A DNA stretch of 64,000 nucleotides from a bacterium (GCA_030646955.1 JAUSKM010000028.1:1065-65064); one strand, 5' to 3'; counted from the stretch's first letter, positions 1 through 7,933 are shown. Numbers and translations: made by a program. The notes: a model not told the origin generated them from the letters alone.

Positions 1-84
1 GCCTTCCACCTGGCTGTCCTCCAGGAGGCGGCCAAGGTGGAGCAGCGTCGCAACCTACTCCACCTCAAGGCCCGCTGCCGGTAG
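1..84 (+). CDS. 3' end of a hypothetical protein, truncated by the window edge
   Basis: Open frame AFHLAVLQEAAKVEQRRNLLHLKARCR* ends in TAG at 82-84 and is followed by the array's tandem-hairpin element. Confidence 0.5.
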   Translation, partial: AFHLAVLQEAAKVEQRRNLLHLKARCR

Positions 85-103
85 TTCACCGGCGCGGTCT
101 CAA

Positions 104-177
104 AGGCCCTGCAGAATACCGCAGGGCCTCCCACCCGAGCACCGCTCATCAAGCGATACTCGGGTGGGAAAGAGAAG
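104..177 (+). repeat. Tandem-hairpin intergenic element, subfamily 1 (copy A)
   Basis: AGGCCCTGC/GCAGGGCCT hairpin abuts CCCACCCGAGCACCGCT...AGCGATACTCGGGTGGG, then AAAGAGAAG; close copies at 683-749 and 1151-1217, related copy at 3500-3567. Confidence 0.85.
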
Positions 178-225
178 CGATCGATCATTCAACCATGCGG
201 CACACACCGCAGATAGGAAACGACA

Positions 226-435
226 ATGACCGTGCTGACCATGCTGTCCGTGTTCATCGTTGCCACCGTGGCGACGCTCGTCGCCGCCCTCATCGTTAGC
301 GCACTGGTGGAGGCGTTCGTAGATACGTGCCACTTCATCGAATACGTAGGATTTTCGGTGCCGGTCGTTCGGTGGATCGTCATGCCCATCGTGATCCTGG
401 TCACGCACTTCACCCCCGGGAGACGCTCCTGGTGA
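226..435 (+). CDS. Small hydrophobic membrane protein (69 aa)
   Basis: ATG preceded by AGGA and a leader hairpin; two hydrophobic stretches. Confidence 0.6.
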   Translation: MTVLTMLSVFIVATVATLVAALIVSALVEAFVDTCHFIEYVGFSVPVVRWIVMPIVILVTHFTPGRRSW

Positions 436-596
436 CGAACGAGGGAGATCCGAAAGGAGATAACATGAACAGTTAGGCAGCGCGGAGCGCGCTTGCCAAC
501 GAACCTGGAGGGCTGTGCCGCCCTGGGGAATGCCCCGAAACGCCCCGGAGTCACCTGCCGAACATGTGGTGAGCCATGAGGAAGCAGATCCTCGCC

Positions 597-672
597 GGGC
601 GAGTAGCTCAGTTGGGAGAGCACCGGCTTTGCAAGCCGGGGGTCGCGGGTTCGAAACCCGTCTCGTCCACCA
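597..672 (+). tRNA. tRNA-Ala (TGC)
   Basis: Canonical cloverleaf: GGGCGAG/CTCGTCC acceptor with G3:U70, D arm GCTC/GAGC, anticodon arm CCGGC-TTTGCAA-GCCGG, T arm GCGGG-TTCGAAA-CCCGT, encoded CCA. Confidence 0.97.
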
Positions 673-682
673 GTTCCTTCGG

Positions 683-749
683 AGCCCGATGCAATCGGGC
701 TTCCACCCGAGCACCGCTTATCAAGCGATGTTGAGGTGGGAAAGAGAAG
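683..749 (+). repeat. Tandem-hairpin element, subfamily 1 (copy B)
   Basis: AGCCCGAT-GCA-ATCGGGCT, then TCCACCCGAGCACCGCT...AGCGATGTTGAGGTGGG, then AAAGAGAAG. Confidence 0.85.
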
Positions 750-796
750 CGGACGAAGATTCAACAGAGGCCTCGACCATGGCCGAAGGAGATGAC

Positions 797-1135
797 GTGA
801 CTAAGGGAAGAAAGAAAGAGCTTCTCGCTTGTTCCGCGGCTCTCGCGGGGATGCTGCTCATGGGCGGCGCGGGCGTAATTTGCGCCGTGCATGGCAAGGT
901 CCTTTGGCTTGCCTTGACGCCTACGGATCTCTTCTTTGGCGCCATCGGGCTGGGGGTCATGTCCTTGTTTGTTGCCCTTTCGGGAGGAGTTGGCCTCCTC
1001 GTGTTTTACGACTTGTACTTCCGGGTCCGCGATGAGCAGGACCAGCAGCGCCCCCGCACCAGCTTGCGCCTGGTGTACTCGCGCAAGGGTGTCTCGCCGC
1101 GAGCGCCCAACACACATCTGCGCCTGGTCGCGTAG
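797..1135 (+). CDS. Hypothetical two-TM membrane protein
   Basis: GTG start after GAAGGAG; the longer listed ORF from 515 runs through the tRNA, so the start was trimmed; two hydrophobic segments. Confidence 0.65.
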   Translation: MTKGRKKELLACSAALAGMLLMGGAGVICAVHGKVLWLALTPTDLFFGAIGLGVMSLFVALSGGVGLLVFYDLYFRVRDEQDQQRPRTSLRLVYSRKGVSPRAPNTHLRLVA

Positions 1136-1150
1136 ATGTCGACTACAGCA

Positions 1151-1217
1151 GCCCCGAGTTATTCGGGGTCCCGCCCGAGTACCGCTCACAGAGCGATGCT
1201 CGGGTGGGAAAGAGAAG
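1151..1217 (+). repeat. Tandem-hairpin element, subfamily 1 (copy C)
   Basis: GCCCCGAG-TTA-TTCGGGGT, then CCCGCCCGAGTACCGCT...AGCGATGCTCGGGTGGG, then AAAGAGAAG. Confidence 0.85.
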
Positions 1218-1266
1218 TGATTGGTTCATTCATTGTCGCGGCAATGCGCCGCAAAGAGGAGTGTCC

Positions 1267-1452
1267 ATGCAGAATCTGGCAGTGTTTGCCGCGATCGGTT
1301 CGTTGTTCATCACCCCGTACGCCCTCACCGCCATCTTCGGCTGCCTGCTGGTGGCGATGGTGGTCGGCATCGGCCGCTACTTGGTGGTGGGCTACAAGGA
1401 GAGCCAGATCCAGCCAGCCCGTGATGTGTGCCCCATCATTCTCGCCTCGTAA
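1267..1452 (+). CDS. Small membrane protein (61 aa)
   Basis: SD AGAGGAG before ATG; hydrophobic MQNLAVFAAIGSLFITPYALTAIFGCLLVAMVVGIG. Confidence 0.65.
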   Translation: MQNLAVFAAIGSLFITPYALTAIFGCLLVAMVVGIGRYLVVGYKESQIQPARDVCPIILAS

Positions 1453-1542
1453 CCTGCTCCGAAAAAGGAGCAGGATCCCACATGGGTTCTGGAGGCCGCG
1501 TTACTTCGAGCAATCGGAGTACCTCCAGAACCCGTGCGGGAT
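1453..1542 (+). repeat. Tandem-hairpin element, subfamily 2 (CCGCGY bulge plus GCAA loop)
   Basis: Same fold recurs with compensatory changes at 4587-4679, 5038-5128 and 6274-6370. Confidence 0.85.
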
Positions 1543-1635
1543 ATCAATGATCCCTGGTCAGCGCCGGATGCCAACCGGTGCGTGTTCGTTCAACAACGTT
1601 GTCCCACGGGCGGCACCGTGGGGATTGGAGATCCG

Positions 1636-2661
1636 ATGTTCGGAATCGGTATCGGTGAAGGGTTCGGGTTGTTCAGCAAGTTCTTCACGGCGGAGGACGG
1701 CGAGAACGCGCTCGCGTCCCTCGGGGAGCATCTCTCCGCAAAGCGTGTGGTGTTCGTGGACACGTGCGCCACGCCCGTGCTGGCGGAGGTCATCGGGACG
1801 CTCGTCGCTCGCGGCGTGGAGGTCCACGTGCGCGACCACCACCGCGGCGAGGGTCGTACGCCCGAGGCCGTGGAGGCCATCGAGGCGGTGCTGGGAAAGC
1901 GGGCGCACATCGTGGCGCGCAAGGAGGCGCCCGCGTGCGCGCTGCTGCTGCGGCACGGTGAGTTCCGCGGCCCGGGCACGGTCATCGTGGCCGATCCGGA
2001 TTTGGATGGGCTCACCGCGGCGATGAAGGCCGCGGGCGTGGCGTACGAAGGCATGGATCAGGACGCCGAGATCTTCGACGTCCGGCCGCGCCAGTCCGCG
2101 GAGACGCTGACGCCGTTCGGATGGGTCCTGGTGCGGGCGCTGTCCTCGCTGCCGCTGTTCGATCCGGACCGTCCGGGCGACAGCGACCGCGCGAAGGCGG
2201 ACTTCTTCTACGGCATCGTTCGCGCGGTCATGGGTGACAGCATCGAGCGCCGCGAGTTGGAGGACCGCGCGCGGCACTACGACGCCTGCGTGGCCGAGTC
2301 GCGGCGGATGCTCAAGGAGCACATGGATAAGCCGCTGCCCGGCGTGTGTTTCGTGGACACGATGGGTGCGGCGCCGTTCGACTTCACCACCCTCACACAG
2401 GGGATGGAGCAGGCCGGTGCCGTGGTGACCGCGGTCCGCAAGGACAGCGGTCCCATCGCGCGGCTGCACGGCGGTGTCCAGTACTCGCTGGCGGTGGTGC
2501 AGCGCCACCAGCGCGAGCTGGACCTGCGTACGCTGGTGCCCGCGGGGACGCCCATCGGTCTCGAGGCCGGCCTCATTTCCAACACGCCGTTCCTGCTGCA
2601 CTGCAGCAGCGAGGTGTGGATGCAGACCATCTTCTACGCGCTCGCGATGCGCCTCAGGTAG
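1636..2661 (+). CDS. DHH-like phosphoesterase-type protein with atypical motif order
   Basis: Motifs VVFVD, VRDHH, PACA and ADPDLDGL; ATG at 1636 follows GGAG; strong GC3 codon bias. Confidence 0.6.
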   Translation: MFGIGIGEGFGLFSKFFTAEDGENALASLGEHLSAKRVVFVDTCATPVLAEVIGTLVARGVEVHVRDHHRGEGRTPEAVEAIEAVLGKRAHIVARKEAPACALLLRHGEFRGPGTVIVADPDLDGLTAAMKAAGVAYEGMDQDAEIFDVRPRQSAETLTPFGWVLVRALSSLPLFDPDRPGDSDRAKADFFYGIVRAVMGDSIERRELEDRARHYDACVAESRRMLKEHMDKPLPGVCFVDTMGAAPFDFTTLTQGMEQAGAVVTAVRKDSGPIARLHGGVQYSLAVVQRHQRELDLRTLVPAGTPIGLEAGLISNTPFLLHCSSEVWMQTIFYALAMRLR

Positions 2662-2772
2662 TTCCTTTCCCAAGAGCCACGTGCGTGTGCATGCATGCGC
2701 ACGTGGTCCCACCCCGGCACGCGATACAGTCGCACATCGAGGTGGGAGATTCGAGCGGAGCGCTTGCCACAT

Positions 2773-2901
2773 GTCATTTCGAACGGAGCGCAGCGAAGAG
2801 AGAAATCTCACGCGCCGCAAACTTTGGAGAAACTTCGGTAACTTATGGAGCGCAATCAAACGATGGGGCGTGTGAGATTTCTCACTGCGTTCGAAATGAC
2901 A
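2773..2901. repeat. REP-like palindromic element (GTCATT(T/G)CGA...TCG(A/C)AATGAC family)
   Basis: Terminal inverted repeats GTCATTTCGAAC/GTTCGAAATGAC with inner GAGAAATCTCAC/GTGAGATTTCTC; relatives near 8041-8150, 12829-12857, 14676-14750, 43917-44011, 47856-47957, 49868-49974, 50170-50273 and 50746-50894. Confidence 0.8.
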
Positions 2902-2968
2902 GGAGTTACATGTTTGGCTCAATAAACATAGTAAATAGCTACATTGAGCCAAAAAGGTAAAACTGGTC

Positions 2969-2997
2969 TTGACACTTCTGACAGCGCGAGGTATAAT
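2969..2997 (+). promoter_or_regulatory. Perfect-consensus sigma70 promoter
   Basis: TTGACA (2969-2974), 17-bp spacer, TATAAT (2992-2997), with an A-rich upstream tract. Confidence 0.9.
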
Positions 2998-3003
2998 GGT
3001 TTT

Positions 3004-3345
3004 GTACAATGATTTGTGACTCTGAAGGTGCGGATTGGAGCTTCACAAACGCAGATGGATTGCGTGCGGCACAAGGCGAGTACTTGAGTGGCAAGAAATA
3101 GTGTCAACTCGCTGACATGTCGCATTCCAACGGCAGAGTATCTGCCAGAGGAGAGAGCCCGAGTGACGGGGTTACAGTCACACCGCACGTTGTTACGAAA
3201 GCAATGCACCACGCTTCCGCGTTTCCCTACCTCCAAATGCCGAGGGGGACGCGGCAGCCGCAGTGTGGAATGCTGTCGTGACAACGTTCGAAAACCATAA
3301 ACCCGAAACTCCCTCCTCGCTTGGTGCGAAGGGGGAGTTTTGATT
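3004..3345 (+). ncRNA. Candidate structured leader/ncRNA
   Basis: No convincing ORF; hairpins TTTGTGA/TCACAAA and CCGCGTTTCCCT/AGGGGGACGCGG; crossing long-range helices GTGCGG/CCGCAC and GCATTCCA/TGGAATGC; ends in a hairpin plus T run. Confidence 0.5.
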
Positions 3346-3357
3346 GGAGGATGCACG

Positions 3358-3492
3358 ATGAATAACCCCGCGTCTGTCGTGGCGGCCATCACCGCCGGAA
3401 TCGCGGCGGCGCACGGTCACTGGCTGGTGGTCGCGGCGCTGGTCGTTCTCGGCATCGTAGCCGAGGTCGTACATCGCCGAGGCAAACGGTGA
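3358..3492 (+). CDS. Small membrane peptide (44 aa, below the ORF-track cutoff)
   Basis: GGAGG SD, then MNNPASVVAAITAGIAAAHGHWLVVAALVVLGIVAEVVHRRGKR*. Confidence 0.6.
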   Translation: MNNPASVVAAITAGIAAAHGHWLVVAALVVLGIVAEVVHRRGKR

Positions 3493-3569
3493 CATGCAAA
3501 TGCCGACCCGCGTCGGCATCCCACCCGAGCGCTGCAACCCTAGTGGCCTGCAGTGCTCGGGCGGGATGA

Positions 3570-4585
3570 GGACGTTACCGTGCAAGCCGGTTGCACCCGC
3601 GGATTGCTCCGCGGAAGTTTCGTGCAAATGCAACGTTCGTTCCCCGCGACGCCGCGACGATGCGGCGTGAACAAGAAGCGGAGGTCGCCAAAGCTCACTG
3701 CGGGTTTACCGCGAGCGATGAGCGATGGGGCGATACTCCATCTCCGGCGCGGCAGCCAGCGAAGCCGTGCCTAGCCATGAGCCGAAGAAAGAGGTGCAGA
3801 TGAAGGTTTGAAAAGCGCCATGACCCAGCGCTGAAACAGAAAAGGGGTTGCGTAACGAAGTGACCGCCGTTCGTCTGGGCTGCTATCCCAGCGGCAATGC
3901 CGGTAGACCAACGGTCGGTTCGTGTGTGTGACTGCAGGGATGGGAACCTGCAGGGACCTGCATCGGAGCAAAGCGGAGGTGGTACATGAAGCCGTAGAGG
4001 CGCTGACTGGCAGCGCGAACAGAAATAAATCAGACACCGTGCGGACCCCACCGGCCGCTGCGCCCGACGATGGGAGCGGCCAAGGCAAGACTCGAACAGA
4101 GCCCAATGGAGGTGGTACATGCGGCAGTGAGTGCGCCAATGGAGCCGGCGCGGTACAAATGGGTTCCACAAGGATCGTCCGCACTCCGAGCTGCCTCTGC
4201 CGTGAGGAGCGGGGTCGGACAAACCACAACCAGGGGAACGATGCGCGGCACAACGACCTAGCCCGCGCGAAGATCGTTTCCCAAACCCACGCCTGGCGCA
4301 AGGAGGCGCCGTGACATGACGGATTGGTTTTGAGCGCCAATACAGCCACGGGTCGGCGCAAACAGAAATAGGACCCAAACGGAGGCGCCGCGCCTCTGGA
4401 GGCCACGGTTCCCGAGTACCGGACGCGCCGCGAAGCGGTGACAAAACTCGGCGGGGCTTCCCACTCGGATATGCCTCGAAGTCAGGACACGGTGCATTCG
4501 GAAGTACAGCACACGAGTGTTCCTGATGAACCGTTCCTTTCCACGTCCCCGCGCCCAGTTGTTCTCCACCTGCGCGGATGCGACG
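3570..4585 (+). ncRNA. Candidate large (~1 kb) structured RNA containing repeated SD-minigene-hairpin units
   Basis: No plausible protein in any frame; dense hairpins with A-rich linkers; four repeated SD-ATG-short ORF-stop-GCGC hairpin units, three followed by AACAGAAA. Confidence 0.65.
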
Positions 4586-4732
4586 AGATCCCGACTGCAT
4601 GCAGTCGGGATCCCACCCGGGCCTCTTGGAGCCGCGCTACGTGCCGCAAGGCATGTACTCCAAGGGTCCGGGTGGGATTGGAAGCGAAGTACCTTCAACC
4701 GTGCGGCGCATGCGCCGCGGAAAGGATCGAAC

Positions 4733-5026
4733 GTGAAGAAGTCCATCATCGGTGCCATCTTCGTTCTCCTCGGCGGCTGCAGCATCTTCGAGACCAGCGA
4801 GGAGCAGCAGCGCGCCGACGAGCGGAAGGCGGATACCCACGCCGCAGCGGAGGCCGCCTGCTCCACCGCGGGCTTTCTCCCGCCTCGGCCGGTCTGGCGC
4901 ACGTGCGCCATCATGGGTCAGAGGAAATTTTACTGCTTCTACTGCGCGGACGAGCGGGGGGTGCTCTACCCCGTGCTCTCCCCGGAGAGAAGCCCCGACC
5001 ATCTTCACGTCATCGACGAGCGCTAG
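4733..5026 (+). CDS. Putative lipoprotein (97 aa)
   Basis: GTG after AAAGGA; signal peptide MKKSIIGAIFVLLGGC with lipobox; Cys-rich C-terminus. Confidence 0.7.
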   Translation: MKKSIIGAIFVLLGGCSIFETSEEQQRADERKADTHAAAEAACSTAGFLPPRPVWRTCAIMGQRKFYCFYCADERGVLYPVLSPERSPDHLHVIDER

Positions 5027-5275
5027 CTCTTTCCCCGTCCCCGCTCCGGTACAGAGCGGGATTCCACATGGGTGCTGCAGGCCGCGCTATCCGCCGCAAG
5101 GCGGGTACCTGCAACGCCCATGTGGGGTATAGCCCCGATGTTTCTGTCATCTCGACGAGGCTGCGAGGAGGAATCTTACCCGCTACAATAGATTGGGGTG
5201 TGTGAGATCCCTCGCGCCGCAGACGGTACTCGGGATGACGGAAGAATGTTCGATCGCAACGACGGTCGCATGATT

Positions 5276-5362
5276 GGCACTGCTCGGCAAGAAGAGGACG
5301 GGTCGTCCTGCCCGTAAGGGTCGCCGGGGTAAGCGTGGGTTCGATTCCCGCCGGTGCCACCA
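5276..5362 (+). ncRNA. tRNA-like RNA with acceptor stem, T arm and CCA but non-canonical D/anticodon region
   Basis: GGCACTG/CGGTGCC-A-CCA acceptor; T arm GTGGG-TTCGATT-CCCGC; interior folds as CTCGGC/GCCGGG enclosing two small hairpins. Confidence 0.7.
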
Positions 5363-5439
5363 GCAGTACGGGAGGGGGACATGGTGTCCCCGTCCATCTT
5401 TCAAACCAGTGCCCCGCGACGCGGGGCAGGAGGTACGAG

Positions 5440-6030
5440 ATGTCCGGAAGGCAGATCATCCTCGTGGTCGGACCGACCACGTCCAGCGCGCCCACCAGCG
5501 CCGCCCTCGCGGAGCTGGGCCTCACGGCTTCGCAGCGGTTCGCGGAGCTGACGGCGGGCATGCCGCTCTCCGCGGAGCAGCAGGTCGTCCAGGCCCTGAT
5601 GGGCAGCATGGACGAGGTGCACGAGGCGCTCGGCCTCGACGGACGCGACCTCACGGGCTTCGTCGGGCCGGCCCTGCGGCTCCGCAGCGAGCCGTACACG
5701 CGCGTCCGCCGCAGGGCGGCGCGGCGGAGCGGGGCCGACGAGTTCATCGTCGGCCCCACCCACCGCAACTCGATGACCCTGCTCGGCGGGGACCTCGAGG
5801 AGAGCGGCGGGGTGGAGCGCCTCACCCCCGAGGCGATCCTGATCGCCCAGGAGGGGTACGAGCCGGCGCCGCGCGTGAACGAGGCGGTGGCCCCGGACGT
5901 GGCCGCGGTGCAGGCCGAGCTGGCCGCGCGGTTGGCGGAGGTCCGCCAGCGGGCCAGCGACGCCCGCTACGTGCGCGATCGTCGTAGCTACGATGCGCGC
6001 CGCAACGTGCGGACGTACGTGGCGGCCTAG
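5440..6030 (+). CDS. Hypothetical protein (196 aa)
   Basis: AGGAGGT SD after a leader hairpin; extreme GC3 codon bias. Confidence 0.8.
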   Translation: MSGRQIILVVGPTTSSAPTSAALAELGLTASQRFAELTAGMPLSAEQQVVQALMGSMDEVHEALGLDGRDLTGFVGPALRLRSEPYTRVRRRAARRSGADEFIVGPTHRNSMTLLGGDLEESGGVERLTPEAILIAQEGYEPAPRVNEAVAPDVAAVQAELAARLAEVRQRASDARYVRDRRSYDARRNVRTYVAA

Positions 6031-6433
6031 CGGCATCATCGCCGCGCACTGGGAGTGACCACCCAGCGATAACGGACCCGCGCGCGACGGATTCGCGCTA
6101 CGCAACGATCGGAGCCCCGATGCCCAAGGCACCGGAACGTTTACCCGGGCGGCTTGCGGCCGCTGCAAGCACCCATGGACAGGCGAAGCCCCAACGCCTG
6201 CCCGATCACGGGGCGCGTCACCTGCGAGAATGGTGAGCCCAGGGGAAGCAGAACCCCCACGCCGAGGAGGCATGATCCCGACCGTCCGTATGAGGTCGGG
6301 ATCCCACCCGGGTACGAGAAGCCGCGCTATTGGATCGCAAGATTCAGTACTTCTCCACCCGGGTGGGATTGTATAAGGAGCGTTCATTCACCATCACGCA
6401 TCTGCTAGAGCGGGTGCAAGAGAGGAGTGTGCA

Positions 6434-6790
6434 ATGTTGAAGCGAGTGTTGAATCTGGTGGCGATCGTCGCGATGCTGCTCGGCACGGCCGCCGGCTTGC
6501 TCGCCGACTCTTTCGTGGCGTGGCTCGTAGCATGTGCGTTCTCCGTGGTAGCGCTCAGCGCGAAATTCGTGCTCCCTTCCGGTGCCGTGGCGCTGCTCGG
6601 CGGACTGTTCACGGCGGGTGCCTGTGTCATCTGCGGGTTCTTCTCCGCGGTGTTCCCGGAGTCCGACATCATCATGATCGGCTACGGCATCGGAGCGGTT
6701 TGCGGGCTGATGATTTTCTCCATCGGCGTCGAGCTTGCAGACCGCGAGATGGGCATCCCGCCGGGACGCTTCCTGCGCCGCTTCGCCTAG
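6434..6790 (+). CDS. Hypothetical multi-pass membrane protein
   Basis: AGAGGAG SD; about four hydrophobic segments. Confidence 0.75.
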   Translation: MLKRVLNLVAIVAMLLGTAAGLLADSFVAWLVACAFSVVALSAKFVLPSGAVALLGGLFTAGACVICGFFSAVFPESDIIMIGYGIGAVCGLMIFSIGVELADREMGIPPGRFLRRFA

Positions 6791-7021
6791 TCCACGTCTC
6801 CGCGCGGTGACATATGGCCTTGCGCCGTTCTTCGTCGCGCAGCGCCCGCTGCATCTGACGATGTGTCACCGGTATACTGCGATAGTCCCCACAGCCTCAC
6901 CCTTGAGGTCACCGTGGGGACTCCCTCCGTTGGATTGGAACCTCGATCCAACAGAGGGAGAAAGCTCCCATTTCACAACACGAAGGGGCAATGCCCCTTC
7001 CCTCCAGAGAGAGGAGAAGCG

Positions 7022-7933
7022 ATGCGAACGTTCGTGATGATGGCCTGCCTCGCCGTGATGGCGGGCGGGTGCGGAGCAACGCAGCAGGGCGATCAGCCGG
7101 CCGCGGCCGTGCAGCCCGAAAGCCACAAGGAGACGCCGACGCAGGCCACTGCGCCGCTCGAGGACTCCAAGTACCCGCAGATCACAGAGATCATGAGGGG
7201 GGTCAGCCCCGATCAGTGCGATGAGGTGGGTATCTTCGGGCAGCTCTTGCGCGTCTTCGCAAAGATGCCCGACGAGCAGTTGCGGCGGGTGCAGCAAGAG
7301 TGCGACGTCGAGCAAGATGGGATGGTTGCAACCGCCGTACCGTGCATCATGACCGTGGCACAGGCCGTTGCGGACGCTCGTCGCGCGCCCGGCGGGCCGT
7401 GCAGCGCCACGGACCAGCGCGCCGAGGCCGAGCGGCTGACCACGGAGCTTCGTGAGTTCCCCCCGCCGCCCGAGCCCATGCCGGAGCCGATGCCGACGAA
7501 GCTCGCGCTGGAGCTGTGGACCGGCTACATGCTCATGGACCTGGAGCAGTCGCCGCCCAAGATGGTGGCGCTTGACACCGAGCACTACATCACCTGGGCG
7601 GAGGCGCTCAAGAACGGTGTCGTGCTGCAGCCCGAACCGCTTCCCGGTGGCGGATGGTGCTTCCCGGTTCCGGGAGGCGTGATCTTTCGCAGCGTCTGTT
7701 CCTCGGAGAACGGCGTGTGGGGGACCATCGTCATCGACAGCGGCAAGGACGCGGGGCACGCGTTCAACGTGCGCGCCCACAAGGTGGAATCCATGCTCGA
7801 CCCGTGTTCCCGGGGCGTCTGCGGCAAGTTCTACAAGCTCGTCGCGGACGACGTCGTCGGGTGCAGCGGCCCGCGCTGCCGCGAGTTTTGGGAGCACACC
7901 AACGACTCCTCCTCTTCCCTCAAGCAGCTTTGA
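7022..7933 (+). CDS. Putative lipoprotein with Cys-rich C-terminal domain (paralog of 11403-12269)
   Basis: AGGAG SD; lipobox MAGGC; C-terminal WCFPVPG...NGVWG...DDVVGCSGPRCRE shared with the paralog. Confidence 0.8.
   Translation: MRTFVMMACLAVMAGGCGATQQGDQPAAAVQPESHKETPTQATAPLEDSKYPQITEIMRGVSPDQCDEVGIFGQLLRVFAKMPDEQLRRVQQECDVEQDGMVATAVPCIMTVAQAVADARRAPGGPCSATDQRAEAERLTTELREFPPPPEPMPEPMPTKLALELWTGYMLMDLEQSPPKMVALDTEHYITWAEALKNGVVLQPEPLPGGGWCFPVPGGVIFRSVCSSENGVWGTIVIDSGKDAGHAFNVRAHKVESMLDPCSRGVCGKFYKLVADDVVGCSGPRCREFWEHTNDSSSSLKQL

Noticed and set aside
3570-4470. RNase P RNA (AACAGAAA and ACAAAACTCGGC resemble its conserved regions)
   Set aside because: No GAGGAAAGTCC 5' motif; ACTCGG pairs locally with CCGAGT; AACAGAAA recurs several times as part of the minigene units
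4481-4528. SRP RNA (CAGG...GGAAG...CAGC)
   Set aside because: Spacing does not form the conserved CAGG/GGAA/AGCAG domain IV helix
3000-4600. Listed ORFs here (e.g. 3695-4600, 3771-4406, 3922-4314) or a group I/II intron
   Set aside because: ORFs lack codon bias, SDs and protein-like composition; no group II domain V or group I core motifs were recognised
5276-5362. tmRNA or a standard tRNA
   Set aside because: Only 87 nt between paired acceptor strands, no G3:U70, no tag reading frame and no 7-nt anticodon loop
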